64,000 nucleotides of DNA from Centroscyllium fabricii (Eukaryota). Position 1 is the stretch's first letter, and each line of letters begins with the position of its first letter. The notes under the pieces were generated by a model that did no database searches, was not told the DNA's origin, and saw only the letters and a program-made list of their open reading frames with translations. The translations under genes and the position numbers were made by a program. Location of the stretch: positions 254,882,001 to 254,946,000 of the forward strand of contig JBNRSN020000004.1 of the NCBI GenBank assembly GCA_051313645.2, given 5' to 3'. Positions 60,632 through 64,000 of the stretch are shown here, piece by piece.

Positions 60632-61421
60632 CAAATATTTTCCCAAAGTCAAGATATGCAATTCCCACCACGTTACACTATCCAGTATTGATTCAAGATA
60701 GAATGGGGCAAAAATGGCCAAAGAACGTCCCATGGACCATGTCTTTGCCGAGCCCTGGCAATCTGGCTAATGAAGGCCAGGTAACTCACTTCTATTGCAT
60801 GACTATTTCTTACTTACTGGTTTGTCCTGTCCACATTTTATTGACTTGGGGCCAGAATTGCATAGGGCTGTTCTTAGTGCTGCTGCCTCGAGGATAGATA
60901 CATTCTAAATCAAAATATTGAGATCTGTTTGGATCTGCAGCATCAGAAATACAGAAATTAAAGGGGGCATTGATTTAATATTTATATGTGTCCTGCGTGA
61001 CTCCTTAGTACGCACTAAAACAGTCGCTAAAGGCAAAACCTTTGACACTTTGCGAGTAGCGATGACAGTAAGGCAAGATAGAACTTAACATGTTCTGTGC
61101 AGATTGACTCAAATAACTGAGGTTGAGTAACATTTCTACTTTTGTTTTCAAAGTTTTTAAATTGTTAAAGTTGAAGTTTTTAATCAGTGCACAGCGCTAT
61201 CATTAGAATAAATTTTGAGTATAATTTTTATGTGTTGCATCACCAAAAAAATTATCAGTTTAGAAAAAGTCAATCAAATTTACACTTTGATATTATTTCA
61301 CAAAATGGTGAAGCTCATGCATAAAGGAGGATGAATTTGGATTTTGCTTTGACTGGCTCACAGGCCAATCGCCTGTAACTGCAGCGAAGAGGTGGAGAGA
61401 GTTTGATTTTGACAGATTTTG

Positions 61422-61747
61422 AGGCCCCGCCCATATGGCAGTTGATTATGCCCAGCTGGCCGCCGACCAGCTGGCCGACCCGACCTACTCAACGCAGCAA
61501 CTAAGCTCCCCGGCCTGCACTTGGCCAAAATCGCGCACGGCCCCGCCGCCACCGTTGTATGCTGCGACGTCTCGTTACCGCAACCTAGGCCCGTCGTGCC
61601 CCACGCTTGGAGGCAACACATCTTTAGGACCCTCCACGACCTGTCCCACCCCGGCACGCGCGCGTCCATTAAGCTAGTATCGGCCCGTTTCGTATGGCGC
61701 GGCCTGCGCAAAGATGTCCGCGCCTGGGCCAGCTCCTGCATAGCCTG
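61422..61747 (+). pseudogene. Isolated Gypsy pol fragment (RNase H-integrase linker and HHCC domain), related to the 39404 element
   Basis: CDVSLPQPRPVVPHAWRQHIFRTLHDLSHPG..AS.KL.SARFVW is nearly the same peptide as in the 1198-aa ORF. Confidence 0.88.
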
Positions 61748-61913
61748 ATTATTATAACCAACTATTCGACTCCGAAGACGTTATTGACGTATTTATGTAA
61801 TTTATTTCTTTTGTCTACACTACTCTCGGGAGAGTCGAGTCTTCGTCTCGTTGTATTGTACTAGTACTCTGCAATGACAATAAAACTTTAATTGAATTGA
61901 ATTGAATTGAATT
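61748..61913 (+). mobile_element. LINE 3' UTR with (TTGAA)n tail
   Basis: caatgacaataaaac followed by attga repeats; same family as 14565-14640. Confidence 0.75.
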
Positions 61914-61927
61914 TACATTGAACATCT

Positions 61928-62287
61928 TAGAAACATAGAAACATAGAAAATAGGAGCAGGAGTAGGCCATTCGGCCCTTCGAGCCTGCTCCGCGATTCAA
62001 TGAGATCATGGCTGATCATCCAAACCCAGTACCCCATCCCTGCCTTGTTCCCATATCCCGCGATCCCTATCGAGCCTGCACCGACACATATCCCACCCTA
62101 TCCCTGTAACCCCACATATTTAATCCCCCTAACACCTAAGGGTCAGTTTATCATGGCCAATCAACCTAACCCGCACATCTTTGGACTGTGGGAGGAAACT
62201 GGAGCACCCGGAGTAAACCCACGCAGACACGGGGAGCATGCGCAAACTCCACACAGATAGTACCCGAGGCCGGATTTGGACTCCGGT
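61928..62287 (-). mobile_element. HE1/V-SINE truncated at the B box
   Basis: Reverse complement of ~51965-52312. Confidence 0.9.
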
Positions 62288-62289
62288 CC

Positions 62290-62500
62290 AGCCAGGCCCA
62301 CCAGCGGCTGCTGGAGCAGGACACACTGTCGCTTGAGTCCGCGATAACGCTTTCTAATGCGGTGGATGGAGCGCTTCGAAAGCTGGAGGCGTACGGAGAT
62401 CACGGCTCCCACTGTACCCCTGACCCCTGGGCGACACAGTGACTGGCTGAGACCCCCACGATAGCAGCGGCAACTGCGAAGACACTGGCGGGGCACAGAT
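62290..62500 (+). pseudogene. Isolated gag fragment resembling the YLDN lineage
   Basis: QRLLEQDTLSLESAITLSNAVD matches the pattern QRLLERKTLELSKGFDLACSLD of the 45208 ORF. Confidence 0.6.
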
Positions 62501-62569
62501 GCAGGTAACTCGTTCGACAGTGCTGCTGGCATTCATCCTCTTTAGTCTCTCCTGCTCTTTGACGCACAA

Positions 62570-63347
62570 GAGGGAATTTTAACGTTGAGGGGTGCGTGGG
62601 TTTAGGTGCGGGTGGGGGTTAAATTTGTCGAAAATGTCAGAGCCTCTGAAAGCCAGCTCCAATGCACTGACTTCCAGGTTTAACTCAGACACATTCGGCT
62701 GCGTGTGCATAACACGTTCTGGAGAAGTGGGTTAGCAATTTCAATATATAAATCAGAATATTCCAACAATATTTTAACTGGCATTTAAATTTAACGGTGC
62801 ATGCATGGAATTACCAGGCAACCTGAAACTCACCATTGAAAGGAAGGCAAGAAGATTGTACAGCAATTCATGGGGCTCATTAAAAGTCAGGCAAATACTG
62901 CAGTAAATACTCAGTGTTCACAGCTCCTTTCTTACCTCCCACTGGGAAAGGGTTTGTTTAGAGTACTTGTGGCGAGAGGGTAATTTCTGTACTTTGGAGG
63001 TTTTGAGACTCAAGATCAGGATGGGGGGCGCCATGGCTGCCTTAGATTGGACTTTTAGCGAGGAGCAAAATGACCATCAGCAGCAGCAGGCTGCTGCGGA
63101 GAGTCCTGCAGGTGGTCAGCAGAGAGGGGAGCAGCAGAGAGGGGTCAAGCTTGCAGGAGGCACTACCTATGTAACACAATGTACAGGCAGAGGCTCAGCT
63201 TCCTTGACTGCTCAGAAGAGCAGTGCGTCTGGAGGCTGAGGTTGTCACATCAGGTGGTGGTATGGACATCGGCAGCCTCCGAGAGGATGACTTGCTCCTT
63301 GCAGGTGGCCACGCTTTACTAGTAGCTGTGAAAGTCACCACCGCCCT
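62570..63347 (+). mobile_element. Harbinger 5' end with transposase N-terminal remnant
   Basis: YRQRLSFLDCSEEQCVWRLRLS and GHALLVAVKVTTAL-like translation, cut by an LTR. Confidence 0.7.
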
Positions 63348-64000
63348 TGTTAAGTCTTAGCATTTGCTAATAAGGAAGACTCAGGAGCCAGTAGAGCATC
63401 GACTTGTTTATTAGACTGCTCGAAGAATACAAGAAACTGGTGCTGAGATATCCCTACATGCACCAGGTGGACCATACCATTACAGACATAGAGCAGGGGC
63501 GGAATCATAGACCATACCATTATAAATACATCACATCTCCTCCCCTCCTACAATGAACGTCGAATTAACAATATTACAATATTAAATACAATTAACAATG
63601 TCACAATCATCACAATTTAACAACATCAACTAATATATACATTTTGACAACCTCAACCCTAAGGGTAATTATTCTGCCCTGCATATGGACAGGTCTCTAC
63701 TTATCAATGCCTAACCTATCCAGGGGTTGTCGTTCTCGCGTAGGGTACCTACGTTCCCCAGGAACCCTGGGACCCGAAATTCGCAAAGCGGATGGGGACG
63801 TGACAGTACCGGATGAAGAGACAACAGAAGGAGGCACAGTTTCAGCCAGTATACTCGGGATCACAGGCTCAAGCTGAGGTAGTTCTGCATAAGAGACGGG
63901 CAACTGAAACTCAGTAGATGGTTCAGGGTATGAAATCTCAGGAACGCTCTCTGAGGGCAATTGGGTAGATTTTTGTGAAGCCAACAACTGGTCGAGGTGT
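63348..64000 (-). mobile_element. 3' end of a Gypsy element (LTR 63348-63535, polypurine tract, pol C-terminus) running off the window
   Basis: TGT...ACA LTR; adjacent tctcctcccct; ORF end RRYPTRERQPLDRL. Confidence 0.8.

Overview
Eukaryotic, repeat-dominated intergenic or intronic DNA, very probably from a shark or ray (HE1-type V-SINEs, a SacSINE1-like Deu-SINE, CR1 LINEs and many Harbinger-type elements). No host protein-coding exon could be supported. The window is a stack of nested transposons: a near full-length RTE-X-like LINE inside a solo LTR, four Ty3/Gypsy elements with both LTRs, a gag-only LTR element, solo LTRs, Penelope-derived repeats carrying minimal hammerhead ribozymes, a ~13 kb Harbinger relic (Myb gene plus transposase) holding seven insertions, and hAT, Tc1/pogo and Harbinger MITEs. 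Short AT-rich unique islands look like conserved non-coding elements. The most unusual signal is a Gypsy lineage seen as a very young copy (28618-33548; LTRs differ at one position by eye; one 1483-aa ORF), a decayed copy (44765-49248), a solo LTR and a gag fragment. It has an RT motif YLDN instead of YxDD and no tRNA primer-binding site; the post-LTR sequence instead pairs with its own LTR, a candidate self-priming arrangement. The young copy also has a Gag lacking the capsid C-terminal part and a 71-bp tandem array read in all three frames, which could gate Pol expression by copy number. Family names come from motif recognition, not database searches; boundaries without a stated target-site duplication (TSD) are approximate.
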